64,000 bases of DNA from a virus (lineage: Duplodnaviria; Caudoviricetes). The stretch is from positions 1 through 64,000 of IMG/VR virus record IMGVR_UViG_3300010376_002108; one strand, given 5' to 3'. The translations under genes were made by a program, and so were the position numbers. Under the pieces are notes generated by a model, which saw only the letters and a program-made list of their open reading frames with translations, ran no database searches and was not told the origin of the DNA. Positions 1-8,082 of this stretch are shown in pieces; the first letter of the stretch is position 1, and each line of letters opens with the position of its first letter.

Positions 1-114
1 GTGACGGGTAGAGGCCGCCCCATGGATACCTGGTTTGAGGTTGCGGTCGCGGTCGAGCTGGGCGTGATCGCCCTGTACGCGCTGGTCGGCCTGCTGCGCC
101 GCTAGGCTGGCCGG

Positions 115-318
115 ATGGTGCAATACGGCAGATCGAGCACGGGCACGCCATGGTGCCAGACGTGCGGCGCTGAGGTGCAGGACGTCATGGCGCATGATCG
201 CTACCATGACCTGATCCGCGAGCACGCCGGGACGCTGGCGCTGCTGGACAGGAAGTTGCGGGAGCTGGAGCGGTGGCGCGATCAGATGCCGCCGCCGATG
301 CATGCGGGGCGGCTGTGA
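115..318 (+). CDS. hypothetical protein, 67 aa, CxxC motif
   Basis: ORF with WCQTCG motif and short coiled-coil; no family recognised. Confidence 0.5.
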   Translation: MVQYGRSSTGTPWCQTCGAEVQDVMAHDRYHDLIREHAGTLALLDRKLRELERWRDQMPPPMHAGRL

Positions 319-935
319 CCATCGGCCCGGATGACCTGCCCGAAGACCCGATGGCCCAGTCCGGGCTGGCGCAGTTGTTCTGCGTGTGCACGGGCAGCGT
401 GTTCCATTTCGTGATCGGCCGCGACCGGGTGTACGCCGTGTGCGCAAACCCCGAATGCGGGCGCACCATGGGTGACTACCCGCGCGGTGACACCCCGCCG
501 CCGCAGTCCGGGCCGGAGCAGATCAGCTACATGGGCCAGCGGGATACGCTCCGCGAGCCAACCCCGCAGACTCCCGTGGTGCACATGGGCTGGGAGGAAG
601 CCATCCCGGCCGAGATGCTGAAAGCGGTTGAGGACCCGGGGCCGCTGACCGAGATGCCGCAGCCCGCGTCGATGGACGTGTTCGATGACGGCGGCGGCGG
701 CGCGTTCGTGCACAAGGTGCCGGGCCGGTATGAGCCCGCGCCGCTGCCCGAGTTCTCGTCGGCGCTGTGCAACGCGCGGCTGGTCGGCGGCCCGTATGAC
801 GGGCAGATCACCTGGCTGGCCGCCGGGGTGGGCACATTCGCGGCGCGGGGCCTGCCCGGCGCGTACCGGGCCACCGGCAAGCTGGGCGAGGATGGCCGGC
901 AGGTGTATGAGTGGGCGAGCGTCGATGTTCCCTGA
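273..935 (+). CDS. hypothetical protein with Cys cluster and C-terminal GGPxDG motif (start uncertain)
   Basis: CVCTG...CANPECG and LVGGPYDG; GC-rich-type codon usage. Confidence 0.55.
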   Translation: MARSDAAADACGAAVTIGPDDLPEDPMAQSGLAQLFCVCTGSVFHFVIGRDRVYAVCANPECGRTMGDYPRGDTPPPQSGPEQISYMGQRDTLREPTPQTPVVHMGWEEAIPAEMLKAVEDPGPLTEMPQPASMDVFDDGGGGAFVHKVPGRYEPAPLPEFSSALCNARLVGGPYDGQITWLAAGVGTFAARGLPGAYRATGKLGEDGRQVYEWASVDVP

Positions 936-1101
936 GCTGGCCGAGTTCCTGGCCGCCGTGTCCGAGGCGGTGTCCGAGCTGGAGCGCACAGTGTCCAAGC
1001 GCGCGGGCGGGGTGGTCAGCCCGGAGTTGCGCGAGTCGGTGCAGCGGATGCAGGCGGCGTACCGGCAGTTGACCCGGCTGCTGCCGCAAGAGGACGGCTA
1101 G
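925..1101 (+). CDS. small helical hypothetical protein, 58 aa
   Basis: ATG at 925 overlapping upstream ORF end; MFPELAEFLAAVSEAV... Confidence 0.5.
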   Translation: MFPELAEFLAAVSEAVSELERTVSKRAGGVVSPELRESVQRMQAAYRQLTRLLPQEDG

Positions 1102-1412
1102 CCGGCGTGGTCGGCGCAGTGGTAGACGCGGCCGGGGCCGTGGACGGTGTAGCCGACGGCCACGTTGCGGCAGCCCCATTCGGCGCGGGAGCACGGCTGG
1201 CCGCCGTTGGCGATGGCCAGGGCGAGTTTGAGGGTGGGCGCGCCGCCGCGTGGTGCGGCGCAGCCCGACGGGTCGCCGCCGGGCTGCCACAGCGTGTACT
1301 TGTCCCGGCCGTGCCGGTGAGCCGTGGTTTGCGCGCCGTCGATGAACCAGCCGTTGGACAACTGGTAGCGGGTGTATCCGGGCCAGGGCACGCGCCGGGT
1401 GACGGTGATCAT
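1098..1412 (-). CDS. hypothetical protein, 104 aa
   Basis: Last gene of a tightly packed minus-strand run. Confidence 0.55.
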   Translation of the reverse strand: MITVTRRVPWPGYTRYQLSNGWFIDGAQTTAHRHGRDKYTLWQPGGDPSGCAAPRGGAPTLKLALAIANGGQPCSRAEWGCRNVAVGYTVHGPGRVYHCADHAG

Positions 1413-1616
1413 TCAGAACACCTTGATCGACCAGGACAGGCGGATCGGCAGTTCGCCGGCCTGGTGTTCCCAGCACACCGCGTCGGGTCCTGCTAGCTGC
1501 TGGTTGGCGTCGCCCAGGATGTCCCGGCAGGACGCGCATGGCGTGTCGTCGGTGCACCCGTCGGCGCCACAGGACACGCGGATCCGGTCAATGCGGCCCT
1601 GGCGCATGTCAGCCAT
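1413..1616 (-). CDS. Cys-rich hypothetical protein, 67 aa
   Basis: ATG at 1616 overlaps the upstream stop; MADMRQGRIDRIRVSCGADGC... Confidence 0.5.
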   Translation of the reverse strand: MADMRQGRIDRIRVSCGADGCTDDTPCASCRDILGDANQQLAGPDAVCWEHQAGELPIRLSWSIKVF

Positions 1617-1837
1617 CAGTTGATCCCCTCGATGAACTTGCGCATCTCGGCGGGCGTGTCCAGGTGGCCGGCCATGGCCATCATCATCATCAGCGGCATT
1701 GCGGCGTGGCCCTCCAGCTCGGGATGCTTGCGAAGGTCGGATCCGATGGACGCCATCGCGCTGGACGTATCGCCGGCGTCGGCGTATTCCAGGGCGCGGT
1801 CCTTCGCCCATTGCAGGTGCTCGGCCCGGGTCATCAT
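1616..1837 (-). CDS. hypothetical protein, 73 aa
   Basis: AGAGAGGAAC SD upstream; MMTRAEHLQWAKDRALEY... Confidence 0.7.
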   Translation of the reverse strand: MMTRAEHLQWAKDRALEYADAGDTSSAMASIGSDLRKHPELEGHAAMPLMMMMAMAGHLDTPAEMRKFIEGIN

Positions 1838-2256
1838 GGTGCTGGTTCCTCTCTGAGCCGGTCGGTGAGCCTGGCGGTGCGATGCCACCAGGCCCGCTCC
1901 GGGTTGTACAGGGTCAGGTCGTTGAGCGGGGCGTCGGTGAAGTCGGCCCGGGTGAGGGTGCGGCCGAGCCGGGTTTCCAGGCAGCCGATGCACAGGATGA
2001 TCGTTTCCGGGGCGCGGGCGGTTTCCCACACGTCGTCGGTCACCATGTACCACTCGGTGGGATGGCCGATGGCGGGGGACAGGCATTCGGCGCCGCAGTC
2101 GTCACATGCGGTGTCCGAGCCGCCCGTGCAGGCCGGCAGCGGCCGGCCTGCGATGGCCTGGTGGGCGGCGTCGAGCAGGGCCCGGCATTCGTCGCAGCCG
2201 CAGCCGGGGCCGTGGTGGACGGCCATGGTGGGCCGTTCGCAGTCGGCATGGCTCAC
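1834..2256 (-). CDS. Cys-rich phage hypothetical protein (CxxC...LCIGCLExRLGR)
   Basis: GTG start overlapping upstream TGA; CDDCG and LCIGCLETRLGRTLTRADF motifs. Confidence 0.65.
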   Translation of the reverse strand: MSHADCERPTMAVHHGPGCGCDECRALLDAAHQAIAGRPLPACTGGSDTACDDCGAECLSPAIGHPTEWYMVTDDVWETARAPETIILCIGCLETRLGRTLTRADFTDAPLNDLTLYNPERAWWHRTARLTDRLREEPAP

Positions 2257-2834
2257 GGGGACACCTCGGCTTCCTCGTGCCAGGGCAGGCCCATGCACGC
2301 GGCCTGCTCCGCGATGGTCACGCCTGCCTCGTCGGCGCTGGCGTACCCGTACTCAGCGAACTTGGCCAGCACGGCGGTTTCGATGGCCGCGTTGGTGGTG
2401 AACACCACCGGCCAGGCGTCGTCGGACCGCCACGACTTGCGCAGTCGCGGGTCGGTGCCGTCGCCGGCGGCGTACAGGGTGCCGTGGCGGAACTGGCCGA
2501 CCCACACCGGCTGGCCGATGATCGGCCGGGGCGCGTTGACGATCACCACGCCGTCTCCGAACGTGTCGAGCGCGGGGCCGTCCCAGTCGGCCACGTTGAC
2601 CATGACCTCGCCGCCCCAGCCGTGCTCGGCGTCGTGATGGGTGGCGTACATGGCGTTGGCGGTCTTGGTGATGACGTCCTCGGCAATCTCCGGGTCCAGG
2701 CCGGTCGTGTCGTCGGGGACGCCGTAGAACTTCTGCCCGCAGCCGTGCTCGGGGCAGGTGACGTGGTAGCCGTGCTTGTCTTTGCCCGGCTTGGCGTAGG
2801 GCAGGCCCACGGTGGGTGTCGCGTTGGCGGTCAC
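2253..2834 (-). CDS. hypothetical protein, 193 aa
   Basis: Coupled GTGA overlaps at both ends; CPEHGC motif. Confidence 0.7.
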   Translation of the reverse strand: MTANATPTVGLPYAKPGKDKHGYHVTCPEHGCGQKFYGVPDDTTGLDPEIAEDVITKTANAMYATHHDAEHGWGGEVMVNVADWDGPALDTFGDGVVIVNAPRPIIGQPVWVGQFRHGTLYAAGDGTDPRLRKSWRSDDAWPVVFTTNAAIETAVLAKFAEYGYASADEAGVTIAEQAACMGLPWHEEAEVSP

Positions 2835-3172
2835 TTGGCCACCTTGCCCGTCTTGATCAGCGCGCCGATCAGGTTCAGGAACGCGGCCAGCTCAGGCCCG
2901 TCGTGGTAGTAGACCATGCCGTTGCGCTTCGTCCACGGGTCAAACGTCGTGTCGTCGCCCAGTGTGCGGTCAACGGTCAGCGGCGCCGGCCAGATTTTGA
3001 ACAGGGCGTAGGTCTGGTTGAATTCGTAGCTGATGCGGAACAGGGTCGTGAGGCCGCGCATCACGTACCAGTCGCCGGTGTTGGCGTACTGCTCGCGGAC
3101 GACGAATTCGGCGTCGTAGGCTTCGACGCGGCCCTGCACCTCGCTGGTGATCTTGTCTTGCATGGTGTTCAT
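2831..3172 (-). CDS. hypothetical protein, 113 aa
   Basis: GGAGAGGAAG SD (3180-3189) upstream of ATG 3172. Confidence 0.7.
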   Translation of the reverse strand: MNTMQDKITSEVQGRVEAYDAEFVVREQYANTGDWYVMRGLTTLFRISYEFNQTYALFKIWPAPLTVDRTLGDDTTFDPWTKRNGMVYYHDGPELAAFLNLIGALIKTGKVAK

Positions 3173-4020
3173 GTGGTTGCTTCCTCTCCTGTTTCTGCGG
3201 GCCGCATCGGTATCACCATGGCGGTGAACCGTGGGCCGATGGTGACTTTGACCGGCTTGCCGGCGGCGTAGTCGAACGCGAGCCGGGCGACGCGGTCTTT
3301 CGGCTTGGTCCCGTCGTCCACTTTCGCCAGCGTGGCCAGCCATTGGACGGCGATGTCCCACCCGGCGGGCGCGTTTTTGCTGGTTCCCTTGGCCCGGTGG
3401 TCGGTGAAGATCGCGCCGATCCGGGGGAACGGGCTGTCGCGCCGGTCGGCTTCCATGGTCATGTCGGGGATGCCGCCGCCGCCGAGCTTCACCTGGACGT
3501 GCGGGTCGCTGTCATCCCAGGTGATGGTGACCATGGGCGCGGGCTCGGCGTAGGGGGATGCCTGCGCGGCCACCTGCTTGACCGTCTTGGCGATCAGGGT
3601 GAGCTGCTTGACGTCCGCGACCACGTCCAGCGTGGTTTCCGGCACTGGCCGCACGGTGTGCTCGTGGTCCGCGCCGTCGGCGTGCTTGGCGTCATGGTCG
3701 GCCTGCGCGGTGGTGTAGCCGGCGGAGACGCCGAGCCCTGTCGGGCGGGGCGTGTCATGCGCGTCGGCCAGGTGGGCGACGATCTGATCGGCCGTCCAAT
3801 CGCTGTCGTAGGCGGCCGGGTCGATCAGGTCGATTTCCTCCCGGGCGGCGATGTACCGGTTGGTTGCTTCCAGCATGAGCCGGCCCTTGTCGCCGGGGGT
3901 CAGGTGGATGGCGACCAGTCCGGGTAGCGTGTCGTCGGCGCTGGCGAACAGGGCCGCGTTTGTGATGGCGCGGGTGAAGTCTGCGGCGCTGACGATCGCG
4001 GTGTGCGTGTGAGTATCCAT
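3169..4020 (-). CDS. DNA polymerase III beta-clamp (DnaN)-like protein, 283 aa
   Basis: FTRAITNAALFASADDTLPGLVAIHL...LEATNRYIAARE, SPFPRI and terminal MVIPMR resemble DnaN domains; -10 box and strong SD upstream. Confidence 0.65.
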   Translation of the reverse strand: MDTHTHTAIVSAADFTRAITNAALFASADDTLPGLVAIHLTPGDKGRLMLEATNRYIAAREEIDLIDPAAYDSDWTADQIVAHLADAHDTPRPTGLGVSAGYTTAQADHDAKHADGADHEHTVRPVPETTLDVVADVKQLTLIAKTVKQVAAQASPYAEPAPMVTITWDDSDPHVQVKLGGGGIPDMTMEADRRDSPFPRIGAIFTDHRAKGTSKNAPAGWDIAVQWLATLAKVDDGTKPKDRVARLAFDYAAGKPVKVTIGPRFTAMVIPMRPAETGEEATT

Positions 4021-4024
4021 TTTG

Positions 4025-4047
4025 CTTCCTCTCCGTTGACTAGTATA
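4025..4047 (-). promoter_or_regulatory. -10 box + N7 + SD cassette (TATACT AGTCAAC GGAGAGGAAG)
   Basis: Read directly; same spacing at 37810-37832, 57361-57383 and 61804-61826. Confidence 0.75.
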
Positions 4048-4060
4048 GGCGATGGTGCTG

Positions 4061-4462
4061 TCAGGCGGCCAGGGTGGCTTTCGACTCGGCCACCGTGACT
4101 CCCAGCTCGGCCAGCAGGCCGGCGTACCGGCCGTCGTCGGCCACGTACTGCCAGGTCTTGCCCTGGTCGTCCGGGCTGAACTGCGCGGTCCAGACCAGCA
4201 TCGAATGCGATGAGGCGGTGCGGTCGTCTGAGCAGATGGCCATGGCCTCACCGATGGTGGTCTTCCACAGCACCCGTTTCCTGGCCGGGCTGGTGTGCGC
4301 GGATGCGATGAACACCCACGCGGGCGCGGCCAGGTCGTAGCCCTCACTCATGGCTGCCTGCCTGCGGGTGGTCGGCGTGCCAGGCTTTGGACGGCTGGCC
4401 GTGCAAGGTCGCGGGCTCGGCCGGGGCTCGGGCTGGCCCGGGGTTAGCGTGTGATCGCTCAT
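4061..4462 (-). CDS. hypothetical protein, 133 aa (alternative start 4351)
   Basis: GAGAGGAAG SD at 4469-4477. Confidence 0.6.
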   Translation of the reverse strand: MSDHTLTPGQPEPRPSPRPCTASRPKPGTPTTRRQAAMSEGYDLAAPAWVFIASAHTSPARKRVLWKTTIGEAMAICSDDRTASSHSMLVWTAQFSPDDQGKTWQYVADDGRYAGLLAELGVTVAESKATLAA

Positions 4463-4547
4463 TGGCTGCTTCCTCTCGTGTTGTCATCCCCCCGCGTCCG
4501 GGCCGCGATGGTTGGCCCTCGCGCGGGGATCTCCCTTGCGGGCTGGG

Positions 4548-4889
4548 TCAGGCTGCCCACTCGATGTGGTCGAGCGGCTGGCCGATGGTGCCGGGGCAGG
4601 TGCACAGCGGCCGGTGCGCGGCCGGGCGGGACTGGTTTTCGGTCATGGTGGCCAGGTCGATGCCGAACTTTTCGCCTAGCTCGGCGGGGGTGCTGGCGTA
4701 GCCGAGGATCGCGCCGCCCCTCGCGGGGTGCACGGTCGCGTCGTCGGGCATGATCTTGACCATGAACGACGCGCCTGCGGGCGGGTTGCTGGCGGCGATG
4801 GAGCGGCTGCCGGTGCCCGGCTGGATGTCGATGTAGTCGATTTCGTAGGCGTGCCCGGCGTGGTCTTTCGCGGTCCAGCGGGTGGTCAT
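4548..4889 (-). CDS. hypothetical protein, 113 aa
   Basis: ATG overlaps the upstream stop; MTTRWTAKDHAGHAYEIDY... Confidence 0.6.
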   Translation of the reverse strand: MTTRWTAKDHAGHAYEIDYIDIQPGTGSRSIAASNPPAGASFMVKIMPDDATVHPARGGAILGYASTPAELGEKFGIDLATMTENQSRPAAHRPLCTCPGTIGQPLDHIEWAA

Positions 4890-5041
4890 CACTTGTCCTC
4901 CCCGTCGTAGACGTACAGGCCGGTGACGGTGCGGGCGGCGCGTCCGGGCCTGGTGCCGTGCCGGGTGGCCCAGCGGACCCAGCCGAGGCCGCCGATGGTG
5001 AAGCTGCTGGCGCCGATGGCCAGCGTGATGGTGATTATCAA
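4889..5041 (-). CDS. small putative membrane protein, 50 aa (TTG start)
   Basis: GGAGAGGAAG at 5053-5062; hydrophobic IITITLAIGASSFTIGGLGW. Confidence 0.5.
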   Translation of the reverse strand: MIITITLAIGASSFTIGGLGWVRWATRHGTRPGRAARTVTGLYVYDGEDK

Positions 5042-5052
5042 GTTTGGTTTCG

Positions 5053-5119
5053 CTTCCTCTCCGTACACTAGTAACAACAACGGAGAGGGCACTGTTATTC
5101 CCTGGCAGGAGGACCAACC
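5053..5119. promoter_or_regulatory. divergent control region with 9-bp inverted repeat around a TACTAGT core
   Basis: CCTCTCCGT (5056-5064) / ACGGAGAGG (5080-5088); coding strand switches here; locally AT-rich. Confidence 0.55.
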
Positions 5120-5344
5120 ATGGGCATGCCAGCAATGCCGCGCCAATGGCCCGCCGAAGGCCACGACGACGGACCCGGAACACCCGTAGACGCCTCCGAC
5201 GCCATGTACGGCGAACTAGACGCCGCCACCGAGCAAGCCGAAAACTACGCCCAAGCCAACCGGCTCGACGGCTACGTCGGCGACGGCCACCCCCCCGGCG
5301 GCCCCTACTGCATGACCGGCGCCGACGACATCCCCGACGCCTGA
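5120..5344 (+). CDS. acidic hypothetical protein, 74 aa
   Basis: AGGAGG SD; translationally coupled to the next ORF. Confidence 0.55.
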   Translation: MGMPAMPRQWPAEGHDDGPGTPVDASDAMYGELDAATEQAENYAQANRLDGYVGDGHPPGGPYCMTGADDIPDA

Positions 5345-5661
5345 TGCCCGACGACCCCATGGCCGCCGTCCGCCTGCAACGCCACGCCGACGACTACCAG
5401 CGCACCCGCCCCGCCGTACCCGCACCCGCCCAAGACCACGAAACCGGCCGCATGGTCACCCAGCTCACCGCCCTGATCAGCGAACAGCACGCCGCATCAG
5501 CCGACCGCCGCGACCACGCCGCCAAAGCCGCCGCCGCCGCCACCGCAGCCCGCCGCGCCTGGCACGCCGAACAAGCCGCCGCCGCCCAGGCCCGCACCAT
5601 CGCCCTCGGCCCCCAGATCGACCAGCTCCGCGCCATCATCCGCACCCGCACCCATGGCTGA
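5344..5661 (+). CDS. Ala-rich coiled-coil hypothetical protein, 105 aa
   Basis: TGATG overlap at 5342-5346. Confidence 0.55.
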   Translation: MPDDPMAAVRLQRHADDYQRTRPAVPAPAQDHETGRMVTQLTALISEQHAASADRRDHAAKAAAAATAARRAWHAEQAAAAQARTIALGPQIDQLRAIIRTRTHG

Positions 5662-6214
5662 CCTCACCCCGCTCCGCGCCCAGGCCATCCGCGCCGACTA
5701 CGCCCGCCGGTTCAACCCCAACCACGCCCCCGCCGGATCACCGCAAGGCGGCCAGTTCACCACCAGCCAGACCAGCCAGGCCGCATCCAAACGCCGCCAG
5801 CAAGCCCAGAACGCCAAGCAACGCCGCGAAGAAAAACAGCACCTCCACGCCCAGGCCGCCCAAGACCGCGCCAAAGCACGAGCCCTCACCATCCAGCTCC
5901 ACGCCATGGAAGCCCGCAAACGCCAGCTAGCCCAAGCCGCCCACCAAGCCGCCCTCAACGCCCACAAAGCCGGCGGAGCCAAAACCCGGACCACTCCCAA
6001 ACCCGGCACCCACGCACACCACGCCCACCACGCAGCCGCCCACCGCAGGCATGCCGCCAGACACCACAGGCACGCCAGGCGACACCACAGCGCAGCAGCG
6101 TCCCTCCACCAGCAAGCCGCCGACCTCACCAAACGCATCAACGCCACCAAAACCCAGATCGCCAGCCTCAACACCCAGGCCGACCGGCTCGACCACCAGG
6201 CCGCCCAGCTCTGA
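5654..6214 (+). CDS. basic His-rich coiled-coil protein with RRFNPNHAPAGSPQGGQFT motif
   Basis: Motif resembles the FNP...GGRW peptides of the portal-protease block; HAHHAHHAAAHRRH tract. Confidence 0.7.
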   Translation: MADLTPLRAQAIRADYARRFNPNHAPAGSPQGGQFTTSQTSQAASKRRQQAQNAKQRREEKQHLHAQAAQDRAKARALTIQLHAMEARKRQLAQAAHQAALNAHKAGGAKTRTTPKPGTHAHHAHHAAAHRRHAARHHRHARRHHSAAASLHQQAADLTKRINATKTQIASLNTQADRLDHQAAQL

Positions 6215-6241
6215 CAGGCACACACCCCGCACAAGCCCCCG

Positions 6242-6354
6242 CGCATAGGAAGGCCCGCACCCCCCCGCATAGGAAGGCCACCTGTCGCATAGGAAGGCCC
6301 AGGCGAAACACCAGCCAACCGGCCCTCCCCGAAGGCCCGCCCTCCCCGAAGGCC
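6242..6354 (+). repeat. cluster of five GAAGGCC-containing direct repeats
   Basis: CGCATAGGAAGGCC at 6242, 6266, 6286; CCCTCCCCGAAGGCC at 6323, 6340; non-coding context. Confidence 0.9.
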
Positions 6355-6903
6355 ACCACCCCAAAAAACGCCACCCTCCCACAACCCCAAGCGCTAACCA
6401 CCCCACACCATCCACCACCCCGAAACCACCCCCACACCACCCGCAAACCAGGCAGGTGGGTACAACCGAGCCCCCGGAGGGCCAAACCAGATAGCCAGAC
6501 GGCCACCGGTCACACGACTCCGAGCCCTAGCCATTGACGCGTTTGTGAATGATCTTGAAAAGTGCTGGCTGGCGGGTTTCGGGGTTCACCCCTGTGTGTA
6601 TGTGTGTGTATGGCCACGCGGGCTAGGGTGTGTGTATGCGGCGGAATGTGTGGGTGTCGGAGGCGCAGGAGTCGCGGCGGGTGGCTGGCGGGTGGTCGAT
6701 GCCGCGTGTGATCGCGGCGGGTTTGGCGGCGTTAGAGTGTCCGCAGTCGGGGTGTCCGGTGCGGGAGCCCGAGCGTTGGCCGGGTGTGGCTGTGGGGGTG
6801 CGCCGGCCGGTGCGGATCAGGACTGTTCCGCTGGAGCCGAAGGCTGTCGGCCGCCGGGCGCGTCCGCTGGATAAGAAGTCTCAGGCGTCGGGGCGGCGGG
6901 ATC

Positions 6904-7329
6904 GTGGGCGTTAGCTGGGAGGTGCTGGGCGGGGCTGATGTGCCGGGTGGGCTGGCTCGGCTGCTGGACCGGGTGGAGTACAAGCCGGGGTGGCGGTTTC
7001 AGGTGATGCCGGACGGCCCGGGGCGGATCTTGCTGGTGGCGATCCGCGAGGATGTGCTGGACGCGTACGGGTCGGGGAAGCGGTCGCCGCAGATGACCGC
7101 GCAGGGGTTGCCGGCGTCGGACGTGATCGGTGACGGGTCGGATGAAATGTGGGTGCACGTGGTGCATGACGTGCTGTCGCGGGCTGAGCAGCATGAGGTG
7201 GATGAGTGGTTCCGGGTGGGCGGGGTGAGGCCGTTTGACCCGCACGCGAGCGACCGGGGGGCTGAGGCGATGTACGCGGAGCAGGCGGCGAGGCCGCAGG
7301 GAGAGGGCGAGGACGGTGGGCAGGGGTGA
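6904..7329 (+). CDS. phage hypothetical protein, 141 aa (YKPGW...ExHE...FDPH)
   Basis: RVEYKPGWRF and AEQHEVDEWFRVGGVRPFDPH motifs; GTG start. Confidence 0.7.
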   Translation: MGVSWEVLGGADVPGGLARLLDRVEYKPGWRFQVMPDGPGRILLVAIREDVLDAYGSGKRSPQMTAQGLPASDVIGDGSDEMWVHVVHDVLSRAEQHEVDEWFRVGGVRPFDPHASDRGAEAMYAEQAARPQGEGEDGGQG

Positions 7330-7582
7330 GCGGCGGATCGTGCTGCTGGGCGGGCCGTCTGACGGGCGGGAGGCGTCGTGCCCGGATGTGCCGCCTGCGG
7401 TGCTGTGCACGGCGGACCCGGTGGGCCACGGGATGGCGATGCTGGACTTGCTGCGGCAGGGCGTGACCCCGGATCCGGTGATGCCGGTGGAGACGTATTA
7501 CCTGACCCGGCAGGTTGACCGGCGGGGGCGGCTGGTGTACGTGCACGCGGAGTTGTGGCACCGGGTGACGCGATGCCTCTGA
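7316..7582 (+). CDS. hypothetical protein with GGPxDG motif, 88 aa
   Basis: IVLLGGPSDG; purine-rich SD upstream. Confidence 0.55.
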   Translation: MGRGERRIVLLGGPSDGREASCPDVPPAVLCTADPVGHGMAMLDLLRQGVTPDPVMPVETYYLTRQVDRRGRLVYVHAELWHRVTRCL

Positions 7583-8082
7583 TGACGTGCCAGTGGGCGC
7601 CGTGCGGCACTTTTTTCGAGGCGAAAACCAGGCGGGCGAAGTGGTGCTCGATTGGCTGCTCGGTGCGCGGGTCTAAGGCGGGCGAGCTTGGGGTGGCGAC
7701 GCTGGCGCCGGAGGGGGCGAAGGCGGGCCAGTCGGCGTCGCGGGATTCGGGTGGCCGGGGCGGGCGGGTGCCGTCGCGGTCGCGGCGCAAGCCGAAGGCG
7801 GTCCGGGCGGAGCTGGCGAAGTACACGCGGCAGGCGCTTGTGGCGGCGAAGCGGCTGGACACATGGTCGGGCCGGGCGGCGGTGGTGCTGGCTGCGCGGA
7901 TCGACGCGGGCGGCGCGGAAACCGGGTCGGCCCTCGCGTCGATGATCAAGGAGCATGCGGCGGCGATGGAGCGGGCGCTGGGCGGCGGGGAGGCCGCCGA
8001 CCCGGTGACGTCGCGGCAGGGCGAGATAGCACGGCGGGACGAGGTTGCGCAGCGGCGCCGTGAACGGTCTAGCGAGGGTTGA
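7573..8082 (+). CDS. putative terminase small subunit, with N-terminal Cys motif
   Basis: Immediately upstream of TerL; CQWAPC...KWCSIGC then helical LAARID...LASMIKE and DEVAQRRRER tail. Confidence 0.6.
   Translation: MPLMTCQWAPCGTFFEAKTRRAKWCSIGCSVRGSKAGELGVATLAPEGAKAGQSASRDSGGRGGRVPSRSRRKPKAVRAELAKYTRQALVAAKRLDTWSGRAAVVLAARIDAGGAETGSALASMIKEHAAAMERALGGGEAADPVTSRQGEIARRDEVAQRRRERSSEG

Noticed and set aside
6242-6354. Possible mini-CRISPR array
   Set aside because: Repeats are only 14-15 nt with 2-10 nt gaps and come in two types; no spacer-sized unique sequences and no cas genes.
6480-6560. Exact cos or pac site
   Set aside because: Context is suggestive, but no specific overhang sequence can be identified without read-end data.
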